In this document: positions 1 to 10,326 of the stretch, one piece after another
Numbering within the stretch: position 1 is the stretch's first letter
Layout of the letters: each line of letters begins with the position of its first letter
Assembly (NCBI GenBank): GCA_043774625.1
Contig: JAYVTG010000097.1
Coordinates: forward strand, 29,283 to 93,282
Direction: 5' to 3'
DNA length: 64,000 nt
Source: Polaromonas sp.
Lineage (GTDB): Bacteria; Pseudomonadota; Gammaproteobacteria; Burkholderiales; Burkholderiaceae_C
The notes under the pieces: model-generated
What the model saw: only the letters and a program-made list of their open reading frames with translations
Told to the model about the DNA's origin: nothing
Databases searched by the model: none
Made by a program: the position numbers and the translations under genes

Positions 1-35
1 GCAATGTCGATATAGGCTTCGTCAACAAATTTCAT
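1..35 (-). CDS. obg: GTPase Obg/CgtA, first 11 codons only (runs off left edge)
   Basis: Reverse complement of 1-35 reads MKFVDEAYIDI, the conserved Obg N-terminus. It lies downstream of rplU-rpmA, as in the usual operon. Confidence 0.55.
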   Translation of the reverse strand, partial: MKFVDEAYIDI

Positions 36-50
36 AATGAGAGTTTACAA

Positions 51-80
51 ATAAAAAACCCCGCATGGCGGGGTTTTTGG
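51..80. terminator. Hairpin terminator/attenuator between rpmA and obg
   Basis: aaaaaaCCCCGC-atg-GCGGGGttttt. A GC stem flanked by an A-run and a T-run. Confidence 0.7.
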
Positions 81-107
81 GTGAGATAAGGCAAATACCG
101 CTACAGA

Positions 108-368
108 TCAAGCCGCAGCAGACACGTTGATCGTATGCTTGTTCAGCGCACCTTTTTGGCCAAACGACACATGGCCATTTACCAATGCAAACAGGCTGTG
201 GTCTTTGCCCATGCCAACATTGGTGCCTGCGTGGAACTTGGTACCGCGCTGGCGCACGATGATCGAGCCAGCGGAGATGAGTTCGCCGCCAAAAGCTTTC
301 ACACCCAACATTTTTGGCTTGGAATCCCGGCCATTTCGCGTAGAGCCGCCGCCTTTTTTCTGTGCCAT
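108..368 (-). CDS. rpmA: 50S ribosomal protein L27
   Basis: 86-aa ORF starting [24 protein letters not shown], with the typical bL27 sequence and length. Confidence 0.97.
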   Translation of the reverse strand: MAQKKGGGSTRNGRDSKPKMLGVKAFGGELISAGSIIVRQRGTKFHAGTNVGMGKDHSLFALVNGHVSFGQKGALNKHTINVSAAA

Positions 369-380
369 GACTAATGCTCC

Positions 381-752
381 TTATTTGCTAACATCACCAC
401 CCGCTTGGGCGGCAACATCTGCTTTAAAAACGCCACCTTTGCCGTCTGCAATTTCTGCAATAAACAGCTCGGTGTAGTTTTGGCGATGGCCTTGGCGCTT
501 TTGGTAGTGCTTGCGACGGCGCATTTTAAAAATACGCACTTTGTCGTGCCGACCTTGTGCCACAACAGTGGCTTTGATAGCTGCGCCTGCAACCAAGGGA
601 GCGCCAATCACAATATCGCTGCCGTTGCCGACCGCTAAAATCTGATCCAACACAATCTCTTGGCCTACGTCCGCAGCGATCTGTTCTACTTTAAATTTTT
701 CGCCAGCAGTAACTTTATATTGTTTGCCACCGGTTTTTACGACCGCGTACAT
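381..752 (-). CDS. rplU: 50S ribosomal protein L21
   Basis: ORF starting [14 protein letters not shown] is the typical bL21 N-terminus. It lies directly upstream of rpmA. Confidence 0.96.
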   Translation of the reverse strand: MYAVVKTGGKQYKVTAGEKFKVEQIAADVGQEIVLDQILAVGNGSDIVIGAPLVAGAAIKATVVAQGRHDKVRIFKMRRRKHYQKRQGHRQNYTELFIAEIADGKGGVFKADVAAQAGGDVSK

Positions 753-812
753 AAGAACCTCTTAAGATTTATCTAATTGAGTGTCCGCGGACGAATTTCC
801 ACAGAGCCTTAG

Positions 813-841
813 ATTATAGCATGGTCAGTGCTTACTGACAA
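813..841 (-). promoter_or_regulatory. Sigma70-type promoter for rplU-rpmA
   Basis: The minus strand reads TTGTCA, a 17-nt spacer, then TATAAT, about 60 nt upstream of the rplU start. Confidence 0.6.
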
Positions 842-974
842 ATAGCTATTTTTTGGCAAACTCGGATCGCTGTAAGCAATTGACCCCGTAGCAAGGCTAT
901 CAAGCAATGTCGTCAAATTTCTGTGCTCTGTTTCTATAATCAGGCATTATTTTCGATTCACAGGCGCATCTGCT

Positions 975-1958
975 TTGTCTGCTTCCACTATCCATAATTC
1001 CACTGCCCTTGCTCTCATCTCAGCAGATATGCAAGAGGTAGACGCCGTTATCGCCTCTCGACTCAATTCGGGTGTGCCCTTGGTGGGCCAGGTAAGCCAC
1101 TACATCATGACGGCTGGTGGAAAGCGGCTGCGCCCTGCGCTCTTATTGCTAGTATGCGGTGCTTTGGGCTACCAGCAGGCCCAGCGCTTTAATTTGGCTG
1201 CCGTAGTGGAATTTATACACACCGCCACCTTGCTGCATGACGATGTGGTGGACGAATCCACCTTGCGTCGTGGTCGGGCCACCGCCAACGAGGCTTTTGG
1301 CAACCCTGCCAGTGTATTGGTAGGCGATTTTTTGTATTCCCGCGCCTTCCAGATGATGGTGGACAGCGGGCAAATGCGGGTGATGGAAATTTTGGCCGAA
1401 GCAACCAATATCATTGCCGAAGGTGAGGTGCTGCAATTGATGAATATGCATGATGCTAGCCTGGATGCAGAAGGCTATTTGCGTGTTATTCGCTCTAAAA
1501 CTGCCAAATTATTCGAGGCCAGCGCCCGCTTGGGGGCCGTGCTGGCCAAAGCCCCCACCCAACTCGAAGAAGCCTGCGCCACCTACGGCCAGGCTTTGGG
1601 AACGGCTTTTCAGGTGATCGATGATCTACTGGATTACGATGGTGATGCGGCCCTTATGGGCAAAAACCTGGGCGATGACCTGCGCGAAGGCAAGGCTACC
1701 CTACCCCTGATTATCGCCATGCAACGCGGCACACAGGCACAAGCTGCCGTGATCCGTCAGGCCATTGAGACGGGTGGTTTGGACCATTTGGATGCGATTG
1801 TGGCCATTGTGCGCCAAACGGGTAGCCTGGACGCGACACGAGCTGCCGCCGCTTTGGAAGCGCAACGTGCCATGGACGCACTGACCATATTGGAGCCTGG
1901 CGTTTACAAAGACGCATTGCTACAATTAGCCGCGCAATTGTTGGATCGCCGAGTCTGA
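975..1958 (+). CDS. ispB: Octaprenyl-diphosphate synthase (trans-polyprenyl synthase)
   Basis: Two Asp-rich motifs, LLHDDVVDE and FQVIDDLLD. At 327 aa it is typical IspB, and it is divergent from rplU. The start codon is non-ATG in the ORF track. Confidence 0.93.
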   Translation: MSASTIHNSTALALISADMQEVDAVIASRLNSGVPLVGQVSHYIMTAGGKRLRPALLLLVCGALGYQQAQRFNLAAVVEFIHTATLLHDDVVDESTLRRGRATANEAFGNPASVLVGDFLYSRAFQMMVDSGQMRVMEILAEATNIIAEGEVLQLMNMHDASLDAEGYLRVIRSKTAKLFEASARLGAVLAKAPTQLEEACATYGQALGTAFQVIDDLLDYDGDAALMGKNLGDDLREGKATLPLIIAMQRGTQAQAAVIRQAIETGGLDHLDAIVAIVRQTGSLDATRAAAALEAQRAMDALTILEPGVYKDALLQLAAQLLDRRV

Positions 1959-1982
1959 TTTTGCCCAGCTATTGCAGCAACA

Positions 1983-2060
1983 CGGGGTCTAGCTTAGCTC
2001 TGGTAGAGCGCTACGTTCGGGACCTGGAGGCCGGAGATTCGAATCCTCTCACCCCGACCA
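1983..2060 (+). tRNA. tRNA-Pro (anticodon CGG), with three non-canonical stem pairs
   Basis: Cloverleaf folded by hand. The acceptor is CGGGGTC/CACCCCG+ACCA, the anticodon loop is TTCGGGA, and the T-loop is TTCGAAT. Mismatches fall at 7:66, 30:40 and 53:61. Confidence 0.75.
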
Positions 2061-2201
2061 CAAACCACATTTTTGCGACTTTTCCTACACCTTGGCTGTC
2101 AAATGCAGATACAAGTTGCACATTCGATTTACACCACTGCCACAATCGGCGATGATGCAACTTAAAACTATTGCCCCGAACTATTCTTTTACACTTGTCG
2201 C

Positions 2202-3938
2202 ATGTCTGCTGTTGATACCCCTGCCACCTTAAATACTGCCGTTGCTCTGCCAGGACTGGGGCGCGCTCTGGTTATGGCCGGCAAAGTAGGCCAGCGCTCG
2301 GCTGAAGATATCTACAAAAAATCGCTAGCTACCCGCAGCAGTTTTATCGCTGAACTGCTTGGCGCGGGTGTAGTCTCTTCGGCAGATTTGGCACACACCA
2401 TGTCCATCGCGTTTGCCGCACCACTGCTGGACCTGGATGCGATAGACATACAACGCCTGCCCAAAGGCTTACTGGACCCCAAACTGTGCCAAAGCCAGAG
2501 GGTGGTTGTACTCAGTAAGCGCAATAACCGTCTGATTGTGGCCACCGCAGACCCGTCTGATCAGCAAGCAGCCGAAAAAATCAAGTTCTCGACCCAAATG
2601 GGCACGGACTGGGTGATTGCAGAGTACGACAAGCTCAGCAGAATGGTAGATGCGGCCTCCGTCACGGCTTCGGAGGCCATGGAAAGTATTCTCGGTGGTG
2701 ATTTCGAATTCGATGAATCCTCGATGGAGATAGCCAACGAGGAAGACAAAGACGCCATTTCTACGGACGTAGAAGACGCGCCAGTCGTCAAGTTTTTGCA
2801 AAAAATGCTGATCGACGCCTTCAATATGCGTGCATCCGATCTACATTTTGAACCCTACGAACACACCTACCGTGTTCGCTTTCGTGTAGACGGGGAGTTG
2901 CGCGAAATCTCTTCCCCGCCCCCTGCCATTAAAGAGAAACTTGCTTCCCGCATCAAAGTGTTGTCTCGTCTGGACATTTCTGAAAAACGAGTGCCACAAG
3001 ACGGGCGCATGAAGATGAAAATGGGCGGCAATCGCATGATCGATTTTCGTGTCAGCACGCTACCCACCATGTTTGGTGAAAAGATCGTTATCCGTATTCT
3101 GGACCCTTCCAGCGCAAAACTGGGCATTGATGCTCTGGGGTATGAGAAGGTAGAAAAGGATCGTTTGATGGCTGCTGTGGAGCGTCCGTATGGTATGGTC
3201 TTGGTCACCGGGCCGACTGGTTCTGGCAAAACGGTATCGCTTTACACCTGCTTGAATATTCTCAACAAGCCAGGGGTCAATATTTCTACCGCCGAAGACC
3301 CCTGCGAAATCAACTTGCCAGGTGTTAATCAAGTCAACGTGAACGATAAAGCGGGATTGACTTTTGCCGTAGCGCTCAAGTCTTTCTTGCGCCAAGACCC
3401 AGACGTGATCATGGTTGGTGAGATTCGTGACCTGGAAACGGCCGATATCGCCATCAAGGCTGCACAAACAGGCCACATGGTGCTCAGTACTCTGCACACC
3501 AATGATGCACCCACTACACTGACCCGCATGCGCAACATGGGCATTGCTCCATTCAACATCGCATCTAGCGTCATATTGATTACCGCCCAGCGCCTGGCTC
3601 GTCGCTTGTGCCCCAATTGCAAAAAACCCGCAGATATTCCGCATGAAACATTGCTGGAAGCAGGTTTTAAAGAAGACGATGTGGACGGCACTTGGACGCC
3701 CTATAAAAATGTTGGCTGTTCCATGTGCAATAACGGTTACAAAGGCCGCGTTGGCATTTACCAGGTCATGCCTATCAGCGAAGATATGCAACGCCTGATT
3801 TTGGCGGATGCGAGCGCGATGGATATTGCCACCCTGTCTGAAAAAGAAGGTGTGCGCAGTCTGCGTCAGTCCGGTTTGAGCAAGGTCAAACTGGGCATGA
3901 CAACCCTAGAAGAGGTTCTGGCCGTTACCAACCAGTAA
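2202..3938 (+). CDS. pilB: Type IV pilus assembly ATPase PilB
   Basis: GspE/PilB family features: Walker A GPTGSGKT and a C-terminal tetracysteine (CPNC...CSMC). It is followed by pilC and pilD. Confidence 0.95.
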   Translation: MSAVDTPATLNTAVALPGLGRALVMAGKVGQRSAEDIYKKSLATRSSFIAELLGAGVVSSADLAHTMSIAFAAPLLDLDAIDIQRLPKGLLDPKLCQSQRVVVLSKRNNRLIVATADPSDQQAAEKIKFSTQMGTDWVIAEYDKLSRMVDAASVTASEAMESILGGDFEFDESSMEIANEEDKDAISTDVEDAPVVKFLQKMLIDAFNMRASDLHFEPYEHTYRVRFRVDGELREISSPPPAIKEKLASRIKVLSRLDISEKRVPQDGRMKMKMGGNRMIDFRVSTLPTMFGEKIVIRILDPSSAKLGIDALGYEKVEKDRLMAAVERPYGMVLVTGPTGSGKTVSLYTCLNILNKPGVNISTAEDPCEINLPGVNQVNVNDKAGLTFAVALKSFLRQDPDVIMVGEIRDLETADIAIKAAQTGHMVLSTLHTNDAPTTLTRMRNMGIAPFNIASSVILITAQRLARRLCPNCKKPADIPHETLLEAGFKEDDVDGTWTPYKNVGCSMCNNGYKGRVGIYQVMPISEDMQRLILADASAMDIATLSEKEGVRSLRQSGLSKVKLGMTTLEEVLAVTNQ

Positions 3939-4009
3939 GCACATGCTACGCAAATCACTTGCCTTACACATTCATATTTGCCCAATAGCGGCGCTTGACG
4001 AGGGACACT

Positions 4010-5224
4010 ATGGCAACTGCTAAAAAAGAGGCTAAAGATTTTGTTTTTGAATGGGAAGGCAAAGACCGTAATAGCAAAGTAGTCCGTGGTGAGGTCCGCG
4101 CCATTGGCGAAGCGCAAGTGCAAGCCACCTTGCGCAGGCAAGGCGTACTCACCACCAAGATCAAAAAACGCCGCATGCGCTCGGGCCAGAAAATCAAGCC
4201 CAGAGATATTGCGATTTTCACGCGCCAACTAGCCACCATGATGAAGGCTGGCGTTCCATTGTTGCAATCTTTCGACATTGTGGGCCGTGGTAATACCAAT
4301 GCCAGCGTTACCAAATTGCTCAACGATGTTCGTACTGACGTCGAAACCGGCACATCGCTATCTGCCGCATTTCGCAAGTACCCCATGCACTTTGACAATC
4401 TGTATTGCAACTTGGTAGAAGCCGGCGAAACCGCAGGTATTTTGGAAGCATTGTTAGACCGTTTGGCGGTTTATATGGAAAAAACAGAAGCTATCAAATC
4501 AAAGATCAAATCTGCACTGATGTATCCTGCATCGGTGGTTATAGTGGCTTTCGTGGTGGTAGCCGTGATCATGATTTTTGTGATCCCGGCCTTCAAGCAA
4601 GTGTTTACCTCATTTGGTGCCGACTTGCCCGCACCCACCTTGTTTGTGATGGCTATCAGCGAAGTTTTTGTGAAATGGTGGTGGCTCATCTTTGGTGCCA
4701 TTGGTGGCGGTTTTTACTTTTTCATGCAGGCTTGGAGACGCAGCGAGAAAATGCAAAAATTCATGGATAGAGCTTTGCTGAAAATGCCTGTATTTGGTTC
4801 TCTCATTGAAAAATCTTGCATCGCACGCTGGACACGCACTTTGGCGACCATGTTTGCCGCTGGCGTACCGTTGGTCGAGGCGCTTGATTCTGTGGGCGGT
4901 GCTTCTGGCAACTCCAAGTATGCCGACGCTACAGTCAAAATCCAGCAAGAAGTGTCAACCGGCACCTCGCTCACGTCTGCCATGACCAATGCCAACCTGT
5001 TTCCCTCCATGGTGATTCAGATGACTGCGATTGGTGAAGAGTCTGGCTCGATTGATCACATGCTGGGCAAAGCTGCTGACTTTTATGAGGCTGAAGTGGA
5101 CGAGATGGTAGCCGGCCTGTCCAGCCTGATGGAACCCATCATCATCGTGTTCCTGGGCACCATTATTGGCGGTATTGTGGTATCCATGTACCTGCCTATC
5201 TTCAAACTGGGCCAGGTTGTGTAA
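4010..5224 (+). CDS. pilC: Type IV pilus inner-membrane platform protein PilC
   Basis: GspF/PilC-type duplicated domains with 3 TM segments. The ATG at 4010 is preceded by GAGGG. The ORF track starts at an upstream TTG (3995). Confidence 0.93.
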   Translation: MATAKKEAKDFVFEWEGKDRNSKVVRGEVRAIGEAQVQATLRRQGVLTTKIKKRRMRSGQKIKPRDIAIFTRQLATMMKAGVPLLQSFDIVGRGNTNASVTKLLNDVRTDVETGTSLSAAFRKYPMHFDNLYCNLVEAGETAGILEALLDRLAVYMEKTEAIKSKIKSALMYPASVVIVAFVVVAVIMIFVIPAFKQVFTSFGADLPAPTLFVMAISEVFVKWWWLIFGAIGGGFYFFMQAWRRSEKMQKFMDRALLKMPVFGSLIEKSCIARWTRTLATMFAAGVPLVEALDSVGGASGNSKYADATVKIQQEVSTGTSLTSAMTNANLFPSMVIQMTAIGEESGSIDHMLGKAADFYEAEVDEMVAGLSSLMEPIIIVFLGTIIGGIVVSMYLPIFKLGQVV

Positions 5225-6084
5225 TGGATTTATTGTCCTGGCTGGATGTCGCTTTAGTGGGCATTCTGGGTTTGCTGATCGGTAGTTTTTTAAACGTTGT
5301 CATATACCGCCTTCCCAAAATGCTGGAAGCGCAATGGGCAGCCGAATGTGCTGCCCTGTCTGACCAGACTGTTCCTGATCCTTCGGCACCTGAGCCTGCA
5401 CCGTTTAACCTTTTGGTGCCCCGTTCACGTTGTGGCTGCTGCGGACATATGATTCGCTGGTATGAAAATATTCCAATCCTCAGTTACCTGTTTCTGCGCG
5501 GCAAATGCTCTGCCTGCGACACCAAAATCAGCTTGCGCTATCCGTTGGTAGAACTGACCACTGGCGCCTTGTTTACATTTTGTGCAGCGCGATGGGGTTG
5601 GTCATTCACCACCGCCGTCTGGTGTGCTTTTTGCGCTGCCATGGTGGCTTTAGCCTGCATTGATTGGGACACTACTTTGCTGCCAGACGACATTACCCTG
5701 CCTTTGCTTTGGCTGGGCCTGATTGCAGCCGCAATGCGCTGGATCACGCCCCCCAGCCTGCCCGACGCCGTGTGGGGCGCTGTGGCAGGCTATCTGTCTC
5801 TGTGGGTAGTCTATTGGGCCTTCAAGCTGATCACGGGCAAAGAGGGCATGGGCTACGGGGACTTCAAGCTCTTTGCCGCTTTGGGCGCCTGGTTTGGCTG
5901 GCAAGCGCTGGTGCCGATCATTTTGATGTCCTCGGTGATTGGAGCGATTATCGGTATCGCGCTGAAGTTTTCTTCTGGGCTACGTGAAGGCGGCTATATC
6001 CCTTTTGGTCCTTTCCTCGTAGGCGCTGGGCTGACAGCGCTTATTTTTGGACCGCAGTCAATTTTGCGGGCAGTGGGTTTGTAA
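5224..6084 (+). CDS. pilD: Prepilin peptidase / N-methyltransferase PilD
   Basis: Polytopic membrane protein with Cys motifs (CGCCGH...CSAC) and GMGYGDFKL, typical of the A24 peptidase family. Its start overlaps the pilC stop (TAATG). Confidence 0.93.
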   Translation: MDLLSWLDVALVGILGLLIGSFLNVVIYRLPKMLEAQWAAECAALSDQTVPDPSAPEPAPFNLLVPRSRCGCCGHMIRWYENIPILSYLFLRGKCSACDTKISLRYPLVELTTGALFTFCAARWGWSFTTAVWCAFCAAMVALACIDWDTTLLPDDITLPLLWLGLIAAAMRWITPPSLPDAVWGAVAGYLSLWVVYWAFKLITGKEGMGYGDFKLFAALGAWFGWQALVPIILMSSVIGAIIGIALKFSSGLREGGYIPFGPFLVGAGLTALIFGPQSILRAVGL

Positions 6085-6115
6085 GCCCGCAATCACATCC
6101 CGAGGCAGGTACTTC

Positions 6116-6718
6116 GTGGCAATCCAGCTAGGCTTAACCGGCGGTATTGGCAGCGGCAAGACTACTGTCGCTGGCATCTGGGCGTCCTTGGGTGCCTATG
6201 TGATTGATGCAGATGCCCTGTCCCGCACACTTACCGCGAGCGGTGGTGATGCCATCAGCGCTATCCAAAAGAGCTTCGGGGCTCAAGCGATTGCAACTGA
6301 CGGATCGCTCAACCGCGATGCCATGCGTACTCTGGTTTTTACAGATCCAAGCGCCAAACAACGGCTTGAAGCCATTCTTCACCCCCTGATAGCAAAGCGC
6401 ATGGCCCAAGCACAATCCGACGCACAGCGCGCTGGCATGAACGTAGTCGTACTCGACATACCACTGTTGGTGGAGTCGCCCCGCTGGCGACCTCGACTGG
6501 ATCATGTAATGGTGGTGGACTGCGACAGCGCCACCCAAATACAGCGGGTGCAATCGCGCAGCGGCTGGACTGCAGAACAAACGCAGCAGGTCATTTCGGC
6601 GCAGGCCTCGCGGGCGCAGCGCCTGGCTGCAGCAGACATCGTTATGGTCAACCAGAACATCAACCTGTCACAGTTGGAGACCATGGTACGACAAGTTGCA
6701 CAGGACTTCGGGCTATGA
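6116..6718 (+). CDS. coaE: Dephospho-CoA kinase
   Basis: P-loop GLTGGIGSGKTT lies at the N-terminus if translation starts at the GTG at 6116. The ORF track begins at 6047, overlapping pilD. Confidence 0.9.
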   Translation: MAIQLGLTGGIGSGKTTVAGIWASLGAYVIDADALSRTLTASGGDAISAIQKSFGAQAIATDGSLNRDAMRTLVFTDPSAKQRLEAILHPLIAKRMAQAQSDAQRAGMNVVVLDIPLLVESPRWRPRLDHVMVVDCDSATQIQRVQSRSGWTAEQTQQVISAQASRAQRLAAADIVMVNQNINLSQLETMVRQVAQDFGL

Positions 6719-6740
6719 TGCGCGATACGAAAGTGCAACA

Positions 6741-7499
6741 GTGATCAACTACGAATACCCTTTTAATGAGCGCGTGCGTACCTATTTGCGACTTGAGCAC
6801 CTGTTCGAACGCTTGGGGCTTTTGCTGGCACGCGAAACTGCACTTGACCACCATTACGCCTTTGTCACGATTTTTGAGATCATCGAGGTCGGCGCCCGCG
6901 CCGACCTCAAATCAGACGTACTCAGAGACCTGGAAAAGCACCGCCAGCAGTTTGCCAGCTACCGCGACAACCCGGCTATTGCCCAAGATGTACTCCTGAA
7001 CACCTTGACCCAGATTGAAGCGTCTTATGCTGCACTCAACGGTCAACCTGGCAAGGCAGGCGTCACCCTGAACGACAATGAATGGGTGACGAGTGTGCGC
7101 AGCCGTATTGGCATACCCGCAGGTACTTGCGAATTTGATTTACCCGCTTATTACCACTGGCAACACTACAGCGCCGATCAGCGCCGCGCCGACCTTACCC
7201 GCTGGGCCAGTACGCTATGGCCGCTGGCACAGTGCATCAGCGTGCTGATGAAGTTGCTGCGCGACTCGGGTTCTCCGCAAAAAGTGATGGCTACCGCTGG
7301 GCAATACCAGCAAAACCTGCCCCAAGGCCGCAGTTTTCAGCTGCTGCGCCTGCGCATCGATGCCCATAGCGGCTTGATACCTGAGATCAGTGGCAATCGC
7401 CTGATGGTGTCTGTGCGGCTGTTACGCGCGGCCCTGGATGACAAGCTGCCATCTCCAAGTGGTGAAGATGTAGAGTTAGAACTCACTTTTTGTTCTTGA
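6741..7499 (+). CDS. zapD: Cell division protein ZapD
   Basis: YEYPFNERVRTYLRLEHLF is the conserved ZapD (YacF) N-terminus. A GTG at 6741 lies just after the coaE stop. The coaE-zapD-yacG order is conserved. Confidence 0.88.
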   Translation: MINYEYPFNERVRTYLRLEHLFERLGLLLARETALDHHYAFVTIFEIIEVGARADLKSDVLRDLEKHRQQFASYRDNPAIAQDVLLNTLTQIEASYAALNGQPGKAGVTLNDNEWVTSVRSRIGIPAGTCEFDLPAYYHWQHYSADQRRADLTRWASTLWPLAQCISVLMKLLRDSGSPQKVMATAGQYQQNLPQGRSFQLLRLRIDAHSGLIPEISGNRLMVSVRLLRAALDDKLPSPSGEDVELELTFCS

Positions 7500-7514
7500 T
7501 GGTTGGCATACGGC

Positions 7515-7721
7515 ATGAACAAGGCATCACCACCCACCGTCCGTTGCCCACAGTGCAAAGGCCCAACCCTGTTTGCTCCCAGTAACCCTTGGCGGCCTTT
7601 TTGCAGTGAACGCTGCAAAAACCGCGACTTTGGTGCTTGGGCGAGTGAGGAATTTCGCGTGCCCAGCACGCCACCGCCCGACGAGGTGTTTGGCGACGCC
7701 AGCCAGCAAAATATTCATTAA
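7515..7721 (+). CDS. yacG: DNA gyrase inhibitor YacG (zinc ribbon)
   Basis: Matches the YacG family: CPQCKG...[20 protein letters not shown]. Confidence 0.9.
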   Translation: MNKASPPTVRCPQCKGPTLFAPSNPWRPFCSERCKNRDFGAWASEEFRVPSTPPPDEVFGDASQQNIH

Positions 7722-7733
7722 ATTCGCCTGATA

Positions 7734-7774
7734 CCAGCGTGGAATATGCGCGAGCAGCTATTATATTTATAGCG
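7734..7774 (+). repeat. REP-like 42-bp repeat, copy 1 (forward orientation)
   Basis: CCAGCGTGGAATATGCGCGAGCAGCTATTATATTTATAGCG. The same element recurs throughout the window. Confidence 0.9.
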
Positions 7775-7804
7775 TATAGAGTTTGCTTCCCAAGAAAATA
7801 CCCA

Positions 7805-7840
7805 TAAAAAAGCCGCCTGAATGACTTCGGCGGCTTTTTT
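7805..7840. terminator. Bidirectional rho-independent terminator (yacG / rpmG)
   Basis: aaaaaAGCCGCC-tgaatgacttc-GGCGGCTttttt, between convergent genes. Confidence 0.8.
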
Positions 7841-7856
7841 GATTCTGTGTACTGAA

Positions 7857-8024
7857 TTACTTCAGCTTGACTTCTTTGTAGTCCACATGCTTGCGAGCTT
7901 TTGGATCAAACTTGCTGATCAGCATTTTCTCGGGCATGGTTTTCTTGTTTTTGGTGGTGGTGTAAAAATGGCCGGTTCCAGCAGTGGATTCCAGCTTGAT
8001 TTTTTCGCGTGCGCCTTTTGCCAT
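7857..8024 (-). CDS. rpmG: 50S ribosomal protein L33
   Basis: Hand translation of the minus strand gives [55 protein letters not shown] (55 aa). It is below the ORF-track length cutoff. Confidence 0.92.
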   Translation of the reverse strand: MAKGAREKIKLESTAGTGHFYTTTKNKKTMPEKMLISKFDPKARKHVDYKEVKLK

Positions 8025-8035
8025 GGTGCTTCTCC

Positions 8036-8269
8036 TTAAATCTGGCCACGTGCGCGCATGTCTGCGAGCACAGAGTCAATACCGTTTTTGTCGATCAAAC
8101 GCAAACCTGCATTGGTGATGCGCAAACGCACCCAACGGTTTTCGCTTTCGACGAAAAAGCGGCGGTATTGCAGGTTAGGCAAAAAACGACGCTTGGTTTT
8201 GTTATTGGCGTGGGAAACGTTGTTCCCCGTCATTGGGCCCTTGCCCGTTACTTCACATACACGTGCCAT
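8036..8269 (-). CDS. rpmB: 50S ribosomal protein L28
   Basis: [34 protein letters not shown] is a typical bL28. The internal ATG at 8269 is used rather than the longer ORF. Confidence 0.95.
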   Translation of the reverse strand: MARVCEVTGKGPMTGNNVSHANNKTKRRFLPNLQYRRFFVESENRWVRLRITNAGLRLIDKNGIDSVLADMRARGQI

Positions 8270-8455
8270 TACAGAGCACTCCTCAAGTGTAATTAACAGC
8301 TTTCGCTGCACCTCGCTCCGATCATTTGCACATTGCGCACAAATCACCCAGCGGTCTCATTTTGGGATAACCCAAAAGCCTTCAGTTTTTACCCGAAGCC
8401 TTTGATTATAGCTTTTTTCGGCACATTTTGGTCTTGCTAGGCGCGCCAAGGCCAT

Positions 8456-9415
<960 letters not shown>

Positions 9416-9597
9416 CTAAGGGAAATACTACGGGGAGATAACAGCTATTGGGTTAAAGTTAGGGCTATTGTGCACAAAATCAATCAGCTTGCTGGGATGA
9501 AGGCTCGAATTTGTGTTCATGCTGCGTAAAGCTTAGTTACAAGGCAATGCCCGCAAAGGTCAACTTGCCATCATCCAATAACAACAGAGGGTCTGAC

Positions 9598-10272
9598 ATG
9601 TCGATGCTATCCAACTTAGAGCTCATTCGCCGGGTTCCACTTTTCTCCATGTTAACGCCTTCTCAAGCTGAAGCTGTTGCTGAAGCCGTTATCAAGCGTC
9701 GCTTCAAACGGGGCGAAATGATTGTGGAGCAAGGTAAAAAGTCCAACGCTTTGTTCATTATTTTGACAGGCCGTGCACGGGTCATCACCACAGACACCCG
9801 TGGGCGCGAGGTGATTTTGGCCAGTCTGGAGCCCGGAGACTATATTGGCGAGATGAGTTTGATCGACAACGAGCCGCATTCTGCATCTGTGCGAGCCGAG
9901 GTGCAAACCGACGTGCTGATGCTGGGTCGGGTGGAATTTGCCCGCTGCCTACCCGAAAATACGTCTATGGCCTACGCGGTCATGAAAGGCTTGGTACAGC
10001 GCCTGCGCCATGCTGACCGCAAAATCGAGTCTTTAGCCCTGATGGACGTGTATGGCCGCGTTGCGCGCGCATTGATCGAAGCTTCTCACACCGATACGGA
10101 AGGCTTGGTCGTCATTCGTGACAAAGTGTCGCGCCAGGATCTGGCCAAAATGGTGGGTGCATCGCGCGAGATGGTCAGCCGCGTGATGAAAGACCTGGAA
10201 GAACGCGGCTATATTGAGACACAGGACAACGGCTCTTTGGTGATTAAAGAGCGCCTGAGCACGATGGGTTAA
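9598..10272 (+). CDS. Crp/Fnr-family transcriptional regulator (cNMP-binding domain plus HTH)
   Basis: A cyclic-nucleotide-binding fold (GDYIGEMSLID) with a C-terminal HTH (SRQDLAKMVGASREMVSRVMKDL). The ATG at 9598 has AGAGGG upstream. Confidence 0.85.
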   Translation: MSMLSNLELIRRVPLFSMLTPSQAEAVAEAVIKRRFKRGEMIVEQGKKSNALFIILTGRARVITTDTRGREVILASLEPGDYIGEMSLIDNEPHSASVRAEVQTDVLMLGRVEFARCLPENTSMAYAVMKGLVQRLRHADRKIESLALMDVYGRVARALIEASHTDTEGLVVIRDKVSRQDLAKMVGASREMVSRVMKDLEERGYIETQDNGSLVIKERLSTMG

Positions 10273-10326
10273 GCGGGGCTTGCAAAGCAAAGTTTCGCTA
10301 AGACTTGGGGTAAGCTCAGACTTAAT

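Noticed and set aside
1961-2155. 64-aa ORF overlapping the tRNA-Pro gene.
   Set aside because: It is explained by the tRNA and has no coding features.
2061-2201. Looked for a pilin gene (pilA) or small ORF between the tRNA and pilB.
   Set aside because: No ORF with a prepilin leader (G|F..E) is present. The major pilin is presumably encoded elsewhere.
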